Source of the DNA: a virus | Taxonomy: Duplodnaviria; Caudoviricetes | Strand: one strand, 5' to 3' | DNA length: 64,000 nt | Virus record (IMG/VR): IMGVR_UViG_3300045391_005020 | Shown here: positions 1-7,675 of the stretch, in pieces | How the letters are laid out: each line of letters starts with the position of its first letter | Position numbering within the stretch: the stretch's first letter is position 1 | The notes under the pieces: model-generated | Databases searched by the model: none | The model's input: the letters and a program-made list of their open reading frames with translations, nothing else | Told to the model about the DNA's origin: nothing | Program-made: the position numbers and the translations under genes

Positions 1-138
1 CATGACCCGAGTCGAGATGAACACGCGCTCGACATCATTTTCATGCAGCCGCGATGGCTCGGCGATGGATCTGACCCGGCTGTAATACCCATCGGCCCCG
101 AGGTACGCGAAGCAGTGGTTCTTGAGCTTCTCGCGCAT
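1..138 (-). CDS. MR(Q/E)KLK-family small protein, copy 6 (truncated by window edge)
   Basis: Manual translation MREKLKNHCFAYLGADGYYSRVRSIAEPSRLHENDVERVFISTRV...; ATG overlaps the TGA of the upstream paralog. Confidence 0.75.
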   Translation of the reverse strand, partial: MREKLKNHCFAYLGADGYYSRVRSIAEPSRLHENDVERVFISTRVM

Positions 139-347
139 CAGCGCCCCTCGGGGTCGGCCTGGCCCAGCGAATAGTCGCTCGCCGGCCCACTGACGTGGTG
201 CCCGCCGCGGACCTCGGCTGCCACGGCTTCGCTGCGGTAGGAATGCAGCTCGTCCGTGGAAGGCTCCGCCATCTTGACCACCGGATACTTGCCGCGCCAA
301 GACGATTTCTTGAATAACCAAACCAAATCCTTCAGTTTCTGTCGCAT
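138..347 (-). CDS. MR(Q/E)KLK-family small protein, copy 5
   Basis: MRQKLK...GKYPVVK; paralog of neighbours. Confidence 0.8.
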   Translation of the reverse strand: MRQKLKDLVWLFKKSSWRGKYPVVKMAEPSTDELHSYRSEAVAAEVRGGHHVSGPASDYSLGQADPEGR

Positions 348-547
348 TATTCTCTCGGTGGAGTTGGGATATCGATCGTGAGCTCGGACGCTCTCGCATT
401 CAGCGCGTAGCCTCCGCGCACGTTGACCAGCACCATCTCGGTAGGGCAGCCTGCGATGGGCGCGGACTCGATGGTGATGACCGGATAGTTCCGGCCATGC
501 GAGCGCTGGTCGTAAATGAAGCGTCGCTCTTTGAGTTTCTCGCGCAT
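347..547 (-). CDS. MR(Q/E)KLK-family small protein, copy 4
   Basis: MREKLKERRFIY...GRNYPVI. Confidence 0.85.
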   Translation of the reverse strand: MREKLKERRFIYDQRSHGRNYPVITIESAPIAGCPTEMVLVNVRGGYALNARASELTIDIPTPPRE

Positions 548-549
548 GG

Positions 550-744
550 TTACTCCCGGCTAGGGACGTCGACAGTCAGTTCCGACTGATCAACGTCGAA
601 CAGATGGTCGCCACGTAGACGGACGCAAACACGCTCGCGGTCGTATCCGCGCGACGTGGCCGCTTCGATCTTGATGACCGGATAATCCCGGCCGTGACGG
701 TCTTGTCTGTACAGGAATCGTTTCTCTTTGAGCTTCTGTCGCAT
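550..744 (-). CDS. MR(Q/E)KLK-family small protein, copy 3
   Basis: MRQKLKEKRFLY...GRDYPVIK. Confidence 0.85.
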   Translation of the reverse strand: MRQKLKEKRFLYRQDRHGRDYPVIKIEAATSRGYDRERVCVRLRGDHLFDVDQSELTVDVPSRE

Positions 745-746
745 GG

Positions 747-941
747 TTAGCTCTGGACCTCAGGAAGCCCGAGGACGAGGTCGGATGACCTTACGTTCAA
801 GCCGCCCGCGTGGGGCACTTGGATCTGAACCTGTTCCTTTTCGTATCCTTGCGACCCATCCTGGATGGCCTTCACGTAGTAACGGTGACCGTACGAGCCG
901 GGGCGATAGATGAACCGACGTCCATAGAGTTTCTGTCTCAT
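747..941 (-). CDS. MR(Q/E)KLK-family small protein, copy 2
   Basis: MRQKLYGRRFIY...GHRYYVK. Confidence 0.85.
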   Translation of the reverse strand: MRQKLYGRRFIYRPGSYGHRYYVKAIQDGSQGYEKEQVQIQVPHAGGLNVRSSDLVLGLPEVQS

Positions 942-944
942 GGA

Positions 945-1151
945 CTATCGACCACTCTGATCGGGGATCCCGAGCTGCAGATCACACTGGGCCACGTCGA
1001 CGCTGTTAGCGCCACGCAGGTCCAACATAACGCGCTCCCGGTCAGTGGCGCCGTTGTCGAGATGGGTCTGAGACATCTTGACGACAGGATAGCGACCGCC
1101 GTGGTTCTCCGGACGATACAGGAACCTGAGTTCTTTGAGTTTCTGACGCAT
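945..1151 (-). CDS. MR(Q/E)KLK-family small protein, copy 1
   Basis: MRQKLKELRFLY...GGRYPVVK. Confidence 0.85.
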   Translation of the reverse strand: MRQKLKELRFLYRPENHGGRYPVVKMSQTHLDNGATDRERVMLDLRGANSVDVAQCDLQLGIPDQSGR

Positions 1152-1157
1152 GGATCC

Positions 1158-1370
1158 TCACTCGATATAAGGGTTGGTGTCGACGCACTTGTGATTGCCT
1201 TCAATGACGCCGCAAATCACGGCGCACGGGTACTCTTCGGCCATCATCCGTTCGGCCTCGTTAGGATTTTTCGCTTCGCAAAAGCTTGCCCAACGTTGCT
1301 TGGTATCCGGATAGAACCCGATCAACGTATAGGTCTTCTGCTTAGCCCTGGTCTTCTTCGTCTTGGTCAT
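1158..1370 (-). CDS. hypothetical protein
   Basis: ORF in tightly packed minus-strand run. Confidence 0.7.
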   Translation of the reverse strand: MTKTKKTRAKQKTYTLIGFYPDTKQRWASFCEAKNPNEAERMMAEEYPCAVICGVIEGNHKCVDTNPYIE

Positions 1371-1716
1371 GGGTTCTCCGCTTCTGATCCGGACAATCGT
1401 CCGGTAGGGGGTTCTCGTACTGGGCCCAGAACCGGTCGGCGTTCTGGAGGGCGCGCCGCATGTTCTCGGCGCCGATCGGATTCATGCTGTGGACCGCCCA
1501 TTCGAGGCGCTCGAGCACTCCTTCGTAGGCGGCTTTCTCGATCCAGCACGCTACCATGTAGCCGTTGCCGGTCTTCTGAATGTCGCCGAGGTCATGATCG
1601 AGGCTGATATGGGTCACTCCACCAGCCTCGAGTTCAGCGATCGCTTCACTGGCCGTCTTGACGTGGACCGTGTAGGGCCACGGCATGGGGCGTTTATCGT
1701 CCAGCCACAGCTTCAT
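1342..1716 (-). CDS. cyclic-phosphate-processing receiver-like domain protein
   Basis: MKLWLDDKRP, ISLDHDLG, HSMNPIG motifs typical of this phage family; start trimmed to the ATG overlapping the upstream stop. Confidence 0.75.
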   Translation of the reverse strand: MKLWLDDKRPMPWPYTVHVKTASEAIAELEAGGVTHISLDHDLGDIQKTGNGYMVACWIEKAAYEGVLERLEWAVHSMNPIGAENMRRALQNADRFWAQYENPLPDDCPDQKRRTHDQDEEDQG

Positions 1717-1961
1717 TGATGCACCGGTCGTTCTTCCAGTTCGTACCATTCTCCGTCGACGGTCTGGAAGTACCGGTCGACTGCCTGGTATGGGCTGGTG
1801 GGCTGCGTGCCGCCCACTTCGCTCCACCAGTCAGTCACGTACTCCAACAAGGACTCGCGGGCGAGATCCTCGGTCGCGAATACGTCGATGTCGGTTCCGT
1901 GGCGATGGTTGATCACCAGGACCCAAACCATCGACTTGTTCTTTGGTTTGGCTCTCGCCAT
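1713..1961 (-). CDS. hypothetical protein
   Basis: ORF, coupled to neighbours. Confidence 0.7.
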   Translation of the reverse strand: MARAKPKNKSMVWVLVINHRHGTDIDVFATEDLARESLLEYVTDWWSEVGGTQPTSPYQAVDRYFQTVDGEWYELEERPVHQ

Positions 1962-1982
1962 CGAATCTCTTTTCTTTAGCTA

Positions 1983-2399
1983 TCAGGTGGCCGCGGCCGG
2001 CTCCCGAACTTGGCAGTCCGACAGCGGAAGTTCCTGGATGCTGTAGAACAGCTGGTGATCAACATTCGATTGCTCCCAGAGCCACCGACGCTGATCAGAA
2101 GTCAGATCGTCCCACATGTTGTTCAGGTCGTCGAAGTCAGACAGGTCGTCTTCGCTCATATCCAGATAGTCCCGGATATTCTCGAGCTTGTCTTCATCGA
2201 ACGCATCGCCGTCGTCCGGATCATTGTATTCGAATACGTTCCGGGTTCCGCACCGCTCGGCGTTGAGACGATGGAGTTCATTCAGGGCCGCTTCGTGCGA
2301 CCGGTACGAGTCTATGGCAGCGCTGTACCCGTCGGCATACCGGAAGCACCGGTCATCATGGTACTCGATGTTGTTCTGTAAGATCACAAAGATTTGCAT
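1983..2399 (-). CDS. hypothetical acidic protein (paralog of 2434..2829)
   Basis: MQIFVILQ...ELPLSDCQVREPA; AGGGG RBS. Confidence 0.75.
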   Translation of the reverse strand: MQIFVILQNNIEYHDDRCFRYADGYSAAIDSYRSHEAALNELHRLNAERCGTRNVFEYNDPDDGDAFDEDKLENIRDYLDMSEDDLSDFDDLNNMWDDLTSDQRRWLWEQSNVDHQLFYSIQELPLSDCQVREPAAAT

Positions 2400-2433
2400 A
2401 ATGCCCCTTTCTGGCGAGCTATTGATTTGATCT

Positions 2434-2829
2434 TCAGGCGGTCTCAGCCGGCTCGCGGACCTCGCAGTCGACCAACTGAATCTCGCGGACCGTGAAGAAG
2501 TAGTTGTCGGAGATATGGTCGCGCCAAACACTAATTCGGCTGTTATCAGAAAGATCGCCCCAGCGATCATTGACGTCGTCTTTGTCAGCTATGTCGGTGA
2601 GGCCTTCGATCTCGCTCAGGCGTCCAAGGTCGGCACCGTAGAGGGGATCTTCGTTCCAATCGAACGGGTTCTCGGTGATGTACTTGTCGTCGTTCAGCTC
2701 GTCACACTTCTGGCGCGCCTGTTCCCCAGATCGGTAAGCTTCGCGAGGGAAGCTGCCCTCTTCTTGGTAAGGATAGTCGCTGTCCCGGTTGAACGAATGC
2801 TTCTGGACCACAAAGATGGTCATGCTCAT
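2434..2829 (-). CDS. hypothetical acidic protein (paralog of 1983..2399)
   Basis: MSMTIFVVQ...EIQLVDCEVREPA. Confidence 0.75.
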   Translation of the reverse strand: MSMTIFVVQKHSFNRDSDYPYQEEGSFPREAYRSGEQARQKCDELNDDKYITENPFDWNEDPLYGADLGRLSEIEGLTDIADKDDVNDRWGDLSDNSRISVWRDHISDNYFFTVREIQLVDCEVREPAETA

Positions 2830-2837
2830 AGGGTTTC

Positions 2838-3134
2838 CTATTTCGCGTACGGGTAACAGAACACCGCGTATTCGCGGCCAGTGATCCGGATGGTCTCGAA
2901 AGGCCCGCCGGGTTCGATCGCGGTCACGAAGTCCTCGAAAGTTCCAAAGCACGATAGGTGTGCAGCGCCCTGAACTTCCTCGAAACCGACCTGGATGGCC
3001 TCGACATGAAACAGAGCGGGGCCGATCTGGAGAGACGCTTTCAGGTTACAGTTGGGAGCGTCGGCTGGACCGATCGATTCCCAAATCAAGTCTTCCAGCG
3101 GTATCCGCGGACGTTGTGTTACTTCAGCTCCCAC
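2838..3134 (-). CDS. hypothetical protein
   Basis: ORF. Confidence 0.65.
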   Translation of the reverse strand: MGAEVTQRPRIPLEDLIWESIGPADAPNCNLKASLQIGPALFHVEAIQVGFEEVQGAAHLSCFGTFEDFVTAIEPGGPFETIRITGREYAVFCYPYAK

Positions 3135-3664
3135 GGTTGTCCTATTCCGAGGCTTTTAACCGCCTCGAGGTATTCTTCTTCAAGTTCTGGATCGGTGCCC
3201 ACCAGGGCTTCCCGATAGAGCTGCATCGACTCGGTCCCGTAGAGGCGCTTGAAGTCCTCATCGGCGCCGGCCATGTCGAGCAAGTTGTCGATTCGATCCG
3301 CCAGCTTGATGCACTTGACGCCCGGAATCAGGCTCGCGATATGCTTGCGATCGAGCGCCTTGCGCTCAGCGCGACTGAGTTCGGGGTGCTGCTTGGACGG
3401 ATTCGTGAGGTCGTGGACGATATGGTGGATCGACGTGAAGCAGTTGAACTCACGCCAGATGTCGTCCAGCTTGACCCCACAGTCCTCGACGACGTCGTGG
3501 AGCCACGCTGCGGCGATGAACTCGTCGTTGGTGAATCGGGGGTGCCTGCACAGTCGGGCCGCCACGCGACCCGGGTGCTCGATATAGGGTCGGTTCGTGT
3601 ATTTCCTGAGCTGGCCACGATGCGCCTTCTCGGCGAACTTGGCAGCCTGAATGATCAGGTTCAT
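3119..3664 (-). CDS. HD-domain (p)ppGpp/alarmone hydrolase-like protein (SpoT/Mesh1-type small alarmone hydrolase)
   Basis: AH.GQ.RK...PYI.HP, AAWLHDVVED, KLADRIDN motifs of the RSH hydrolase domain; no synthetase domain. Confidence 0.85.
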   Translation of the reverse strand: MNLIIQAAKFAEKAHRGQLRKYTNRPYIEHPGRVAARLCRHPRFTNDEFIAAAWLHDVVEDCGVKLDDIWREFNCFTSIHHIVHDLTNPSKQHPELSRAERKALDRKHIASLIPGVKCIKLADRIDNLLDMAGADEDFKRLYGTESMQLYREALVGTDPELEEEYLEAVKSLGIGQPWELK

Positions 3665-3680
3665 GAATTACCTAATGTAG

Positions 3681-3914
3681 TTACTCGAGTTCGAGTATTT
3701 CGAATTGGTTCTGGGCGTGCTCGTGGTCGAGAGACCCGACCATGTAGAAGCACAATTCGCGCAGGAGGGCGGTGTCCGAGCCGTCAGCGGCTGGGCCTTC
3801 CTCGGCGATCCTGATGAGTCGTTCGTATTGTTCTTCCATCTTGGCACGCGCCTGGTCCTCCAGGGCGGCCATACGGATCAGCTCGCGTTTTATCTGAGCC
3901 TTCACGTCCTGCAT
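3681..3914 (-). CDS. hypothetical protein
   Basis: ORF with AGGAGG RBS, downstream of promoter motif. Confidence 0.75.
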   Translation of the reverse strand: MQDVKAQIKRELIRMAALEDQARAKMEEQYERLIRIAEEGPAADGSDTALLRELCFYMVGSLDHEHAQNQFEILELE

Positions 3915-3957
3915 GGTAATCCTCCTGTATGGGAGGATTATTACACCGTCCCATCAC

Positions 3958-3977
3958 AAACAAATGTATTGTTTAAT
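3958..3977 (-). promoter_or_regulatory. ACAAT-N4-TTG promoter motif copy
   Basis: minus strand ACAATACATTTGTTT followed by TG-TAATAAT. Confidence 0.55.
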
Positions 3978-4013
3978 GGTAGAGTGAGACGTGTGAGTCG
4001 CCCCGTGAGACGC

Positions 4014-4043
4014 GAAGAGCTAGGCGATGTCACCTAGCTCTTC
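4014..4043. terminator. hairpin/putative terminator
   Basis: GAAGAGCTAGG...CCTAGCTCTTC inverted repeat just after the 4090..4932 gene. Confidence 0.55.
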
Positions 4044-4089
4044 TGTACCCTATTAAGATTTGGTTAGCAATGCGTCGAAAACTAACGCC

Positions 4090-4932
4090 TCATTCGCTCA
4101 CTTTTTGCGCATAACGCCGCGGAAACAGCTTCGGGTGGCGTCCGCGCCAGCGCGAGATGTGGACCCCCATCGAATTCGGGGAAATCTTCAGTGTCTTCGC
4201 GATGATATGCACGGTCTTGCCCTGGGCCCACATGGCCGCGGCTTTCTCCATCACCGGCGTGATGGTCATGACCTGTTCGCGACGTTCGACGTAGCGTTTG
4301 ATCTTCTCGCTCTCATCGGTGATCGCTTGCTGCTCACGCTGCACACGCTGCACCTGACGACGGCTAGGATGACCGGCCTTTAGGCAGATTTGACGCACCC
4401 GTTCCTTCGAGATCCCGAGCTTCTCGGCCAAGACGGTGTGCTCGGTGCCCTTGAGGTCTTCCTCAAGGATCCAGTCGCGCTGCTTAGGGGTCACCTTGAT
4501 GAGCTGATCGTAGGCAGCGCTGGGCTTGCCGGAAATACGACCAACAGGGCGCATTGGGATCTTATGTTTCACCAGGACGCGTCGAATCATGACAACCGTG
4601 GTGTCGTAGCGGGCCGCAAGATCGCGCAGCGTCGCATTCTCATTATAAGCCTTACAGATCGCCTCTTCGTACGGAGCAAGTTTCTCCGGACGGGTGTGAG
4701 ACGACTTGGCGGGGCGGGCCTGTTCCTTCGGGGTCAGGCTCGGCGTGGGGTCGGTGGCCTGGATCCACTTGGCCACCCGATTGGTGGTCTTCGCGACAGG
4801 TAGTGGTTTCGGTTTCGGCTGCTTCGGGGCTTTGACACCCAACAGCGCCTGCTCGAGGAAGCTGAGGCCGTGTTGGACGGTGTTCTCCAACAGCTCTGGC
4901 CGTCGCTTCTGGGTTTTCTTGGTTCCGCTCAT
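4090..4932 (-). CDS. multi-HTH DNA-binding protein with sigma70 region-4-like motif
   Basis: Three HTH-like segments (TLRDLAARYDTT; LAEKLGISKERVRQI; IIAKTLKISPNSMG). Confidence 0.6.
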   Translation of the reverse strand: MSGTKKTQKRRPELLENTVQHGLSFLEQALLGVKAPKQPKPKPLPVAKTTNRVAKWIQATDPTPSLTPKEQARPAKSSHTRPEKLAPYEEAICKAYNENATLRDLAARYDTTVVMIRRVLVKHKIPMRPVGRISGKPSAAYDQLIKVTPKQRDWILEEDLKGTEHTVLAEKLGISKERVRQICLKAGHPSRRQVQRVQREQQAITDESEKIKRYVERREQVMTITPVMEKAAAMWAQGKTVHIIAKTLKISPNSMGVHISRWRGRHPKLFPRRYAQKVSE

Positions 4933-4982
4933 AGTCGGTCTCCGTTGGATAAGGGGAGGACGATGCTGACCTTTTACATCCG

Positions 4983-5002
4983 GTCAAGTTGTTTGTCACG
5001 AT
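4983..5002 (-). promoter_or_regulatory. ACAAT-N4-TTGAC promoter motif copy
   Basis: ATCGTGACAAACAACTTGAC on minus strand. Confidence 0.6.
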
Positions 5003-5081
5003 GTGGACATCGTCCAAATGGTCCCGTATGAATCATGTACAATAGGATTGCCTGAAAGGCAAATGGACCTCCGTGGAAATG

Positions 5082-5111
5082 ACAAAACCCTGCCGAGTGG
5101 CAGGGTTTTGT
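5082..5111. terminator. bidirectional intrinsic terminator
   Basis: ACAAAACCCTGCC-GAGT-GGCAGGGTTTTGT. Confidence 0.75.
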
Positions 5112-5133
5112 GTGTCTGTAGAGGCTACCGGCT

Positions 5134-6195
5134 TCAGCCCTTGACAAGTCGGGTCTTCTCCTGTCCCAGGAATTCCACTGCGGTTTTGGCGGCACCTAGC
5201 ACGTCGGCAGTGCCGACATAGGGCTTCAGGACCTCGCCGAGCGGCGGATAGACCACGCCGGCGCCGTCCAGGATGGCCGCGATGGCCTTGTCGTCGAACT
5301 CCTTGCCCTCTTCCGGTATCAGCGGATTCAGTCGAGCCAACAGGGAGTCTATCAGGGTAACTTGGGTGACGTTCTGGCCGTCGGTTCCCGGCACCAGCTC
5401 GTTGGAGGCGAAGTGGCGACGCTGGTCGTCGTCGCACAGCTTCATCCGCATGTATTCGATGCATGCGCCGGCCAGCGACTTGATGTCGGCCTTGGCTAGG
5501 TCGATCTGGTTCTTGCCCGAGTTGAGCTCGGGGTTCTGGATCGCCAGCAGCTGCAACCGGTGGTCGAGCTTGGGACATTTGAGCGAGGCGAGCTGGATGG
5601 TGTCTTCGAGACGTTCGCGGTGCTCCTTGATCGCCTCGTCGGTCTCGGCCTTCAGGAAGGCCTCGAACTCTTCGGTAATATCCTGCATGGCCTCGATCAT
5701 GTTGTCTCGCTCATGATCGGTCAGGCGGGCCGGGTTCTTCTCGTCGTCGACAATATCCTTGTCTGCCTTCTTCTGGACCTTGAAGGCGCCCACGAACGGG
5801 ATGACCTTCACGATCGCAAATTCGTGCATCCAGATGAACTTCGAACCCTCACTGGGGTAGAAGCCCTGGCCGTCGTCGTCGCCGATCGGCTGGTATAGGC
5901 GGTTGCCGAACCGGCAGTAGAACTTGCCCTTCTCGGCCACGAAACCGGTCTGTTCCCAGAAGTACTGGCCTTCTTCCTTCTGGGGCGGACGTGACATCAG
6001 GATCGCGTTCCCCATGGACTTGAGCGCTTCGTTGAGCTTCTCGAGCCAGTTGATCAGTACCACGCGTCGCTCAGCTGCCGCTTTGATCTCGGCTTCCTTG
6101 GCCGCGTCGGCCGCGGAGGGTGCCTGGGCGATCTCGACCAATGCCGGCGGAACCTCGACAGGGGTCACGGGCTGGGGCTGAGCTTCTTCAGTCAT
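5134..6195 (-). CDS. hypothetical protein (353 aa, helical)
   Basis: Long ORF with AAGGA RBS, own promoter motif and terminator. Confidence 0.8.
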   Translation of the reverse strand: MTEEAQPQPVTPVEVPPALVEIAQAPSAADAAKEAEIKAAAERRVVLINWLEKLNEALKSMGNAILMSRPPQKEEGQYFWEQTGFVAEKGKFYCRFGNRLYQPIGDDDGQGFYPSEGSKFIWMHEFAIVKVIPFVGAFKVQKKADKDIVDDEKNPARLTDHERDNMIEAMQDITEEFEAFLKAETDEAIKEHRERLEDTIQLASLKCPKLDHRLQLLAIQNPELNSGKNQIDLAKADIKSLAGACIEYMRMKLCDDDQRRHFASNELVPGTDGQNVTQVTLIDSLLARLNPLIPEEGKEFDDKAIAAILDGAGVVYPPLGEVLKPYVGTADVLGAAKTAVEFLGQEKTRLVKG

Positions 6196-6246
6196 AAGTG
6201 TCCTTGGGGGAAGTTGTGCCCCCAAGGATCACGATTTTTACCAGTA

Positions 6247-6266
6247 GTCAAGTCTATTGTCTTGAT
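6247..6266 (-). promoter_or_regulatory. ACAAT-N4-TTGAC promoter motif copy
   Basis: ATCAAGACAATAGACTTGAC. Confidence 0.65.
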
Positions 6267-6286
6267 CTTACCTACGTAGGGAACCC

Positions 6287-6607
6287 CTAGACGGGCGGGT
6301 TCGGGGCGATGTAGTTGGGGTCGAGGTTCGACGGGTCGGCCAGAAATACGTCCAGGTCCTCGATCGTGAAGTCCTCGAGGTGTCCTTCGTGGTCGCACTC
6401 GTAGCACCGAGCGTAGCTCCTATCGCCCCATTCGACGTCACCGTAGCTGTCGGTGCCGTCGTCGCTGACGTCCATTAGACAGGTGGACTCGATCAGGAGT
6501 CGGCGACGGTTCCCGCATTTTGGGCAGGCCTTGTCGGTCAGGCAGTTGTCGTTCCGCTTGATCTTCTCGACCGGCCCAAATTTCTGGACGAACTCTTCCG
6601 GGGTCAC
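6287..6607 (-). CDS. zinc-ribbon protein
   Basis: CPKC ... CYEC pairs; GTG start overlapping upstream stop. Confidence 0.65.
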   Translation of the reverse strand: MTPEEFVQKFGPVEKIKRNDNCLTDKACPKCGNRRRLLIESTCLMDVSDDGTDSYGDVEWGDRSYARCYECDHEGHLEDFTIEDLDVFLADPSNLDPNYIAPNPPV

Positions 6608-7098
6608 GCCGCGCCAGCCGCGACCGGCGCCGACTCGGCGATGCGGGTCAGCAGGTCCTTCGAGACGATCATGGACTCGACTTCGAGCCAGCCGCCCTGG
6701 TGGGACGCGTTGCACGAGAACGACACGCCCGTCTTGTAGACGCGCATGTACACGCTCACGCCCTGGAAGTCATGGTGGGCGCCGATGTGCGGATAATCCG
6801 CGGGCAACTCACGGATCCAGGTGTTTCCGTCCTGACCAAGCAGGTTCAGACGATCCACGCTGTACCCGAGCTTGTCCGCGACACTGCGCGGAGCGGCCCA
6901 GAACACGAACGGGCAATTGAGGGCGAGGTGATCGACCTCGGCCCCGAGAGCGCCCGAAGCACGCGCCATCGCTTCCACGCTGCCGAGCAGACGAAGGAAG
7001 TAACGGGCGCGATCCGGAGTCAGATCGATGGCCGCGCACTGGCGCGGTTCATCGGGGGCCTGGTCAGCGACCGAAGTCGCGCGGATGAGCAGTTTCAT
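6604..7098 (-). CDS. hypothetical protein
   Basis: ORF with AAGGAG RBS. Confidence 0.75.
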   Translation of the reverse strand: MKLLIRATSVADQAPDEPRQCAAIDLTPDRARYFLRLLGSVEAMARASGALGAEVDHLALNCPFVFWAAPRSVADKLGYSVDRLNLLGQDGNTWIRELPADYPHIGAHHDFQGVSVYMRVYKTGVSFSCNASHQGGWLEVESMIVSKDLLTRIAESAPVAAGAA

Positions 7099-7108
7099 GG
7101 GAACTCCT

Positions 7109-7675
7109 TTAAGCCGTTTTGTTACGAGCTAACTGAACAATGACTTGTTGGGTCAGGGACGACACAGCGCTGGTCGGCTGCTGACTTGCGAGTGGGATCA
7201 GGATGGCCTCAGCGGCCTCGATGTCGTGGCCGAGAGAGCGCAATGCCGCGAGCGCCTGGCCGATCCGTGGATCGACTGTGGCCGCGAGCTCTCCTGATTG
7301 CTTGAGATGGTTGATGATGTTGGTCATCTTGGTCGACCCGACGCCCTTCACGACCCGTAGGCCCGAAGAGTCGCCGGTCACGACGGCGCGTGCGATCGCA
7401 TCGTGCCCTAGTTCGGTCACGACCTTGTGGGCGATCTTGGGTCCGATCCCGTCAGTGCCCTCGACCATGCGGGCAAGCTGGCGTTCCTGGTAGGATTCGA
7501 ACCCGTACAGGATCACGCCCTTGTCAGTCTGGTGTTGCCAGATCCACAAGGTGGCAGGACCGTTCTTGAGCGGGAATCGGCTCCCGACCATGACTTCGTA
7601 CCCGACCGCGCCGGCCAACAGGACGGCGCTACCAGGCGACGAAGCCACGATGGTGCCGGCGAGGTAGCTGATCAC
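7109..7675 (-). CDS. ruvA: Holliday junction branch migration protein RuvA
   Basis: MISYLAG, GVGYEV-like, LYGF, two HhH motifs (GIGPKIA, GVGSTK), C-terminal ALAALRSLG. Confidence 0.9.
   Translation of the reverse strand: MISYLAGTIVASSPGSAVLLAGAVGYEVMVGSRFPLKNGPATLWIWQHQTDKGVILYGFESYQERQLARMVEGTDGIGPKIAHKVVTELGHDAIARAVVTGDSSGLRVVKGVGSTKMTNIINHLKQSGELAATVDPRIGQALAALRSLGHDIEAAEAILIPLASQQPTSAVSSLTQQVIVQLARNKTA

Noticed and set aside
1-1151. CRISPR array or DGR-type repeats
   Set aside because: The repeats are diverged protein-coding paralogs; no constant DNA repeat-spacer pattern and no reverse transcriptase in the window.
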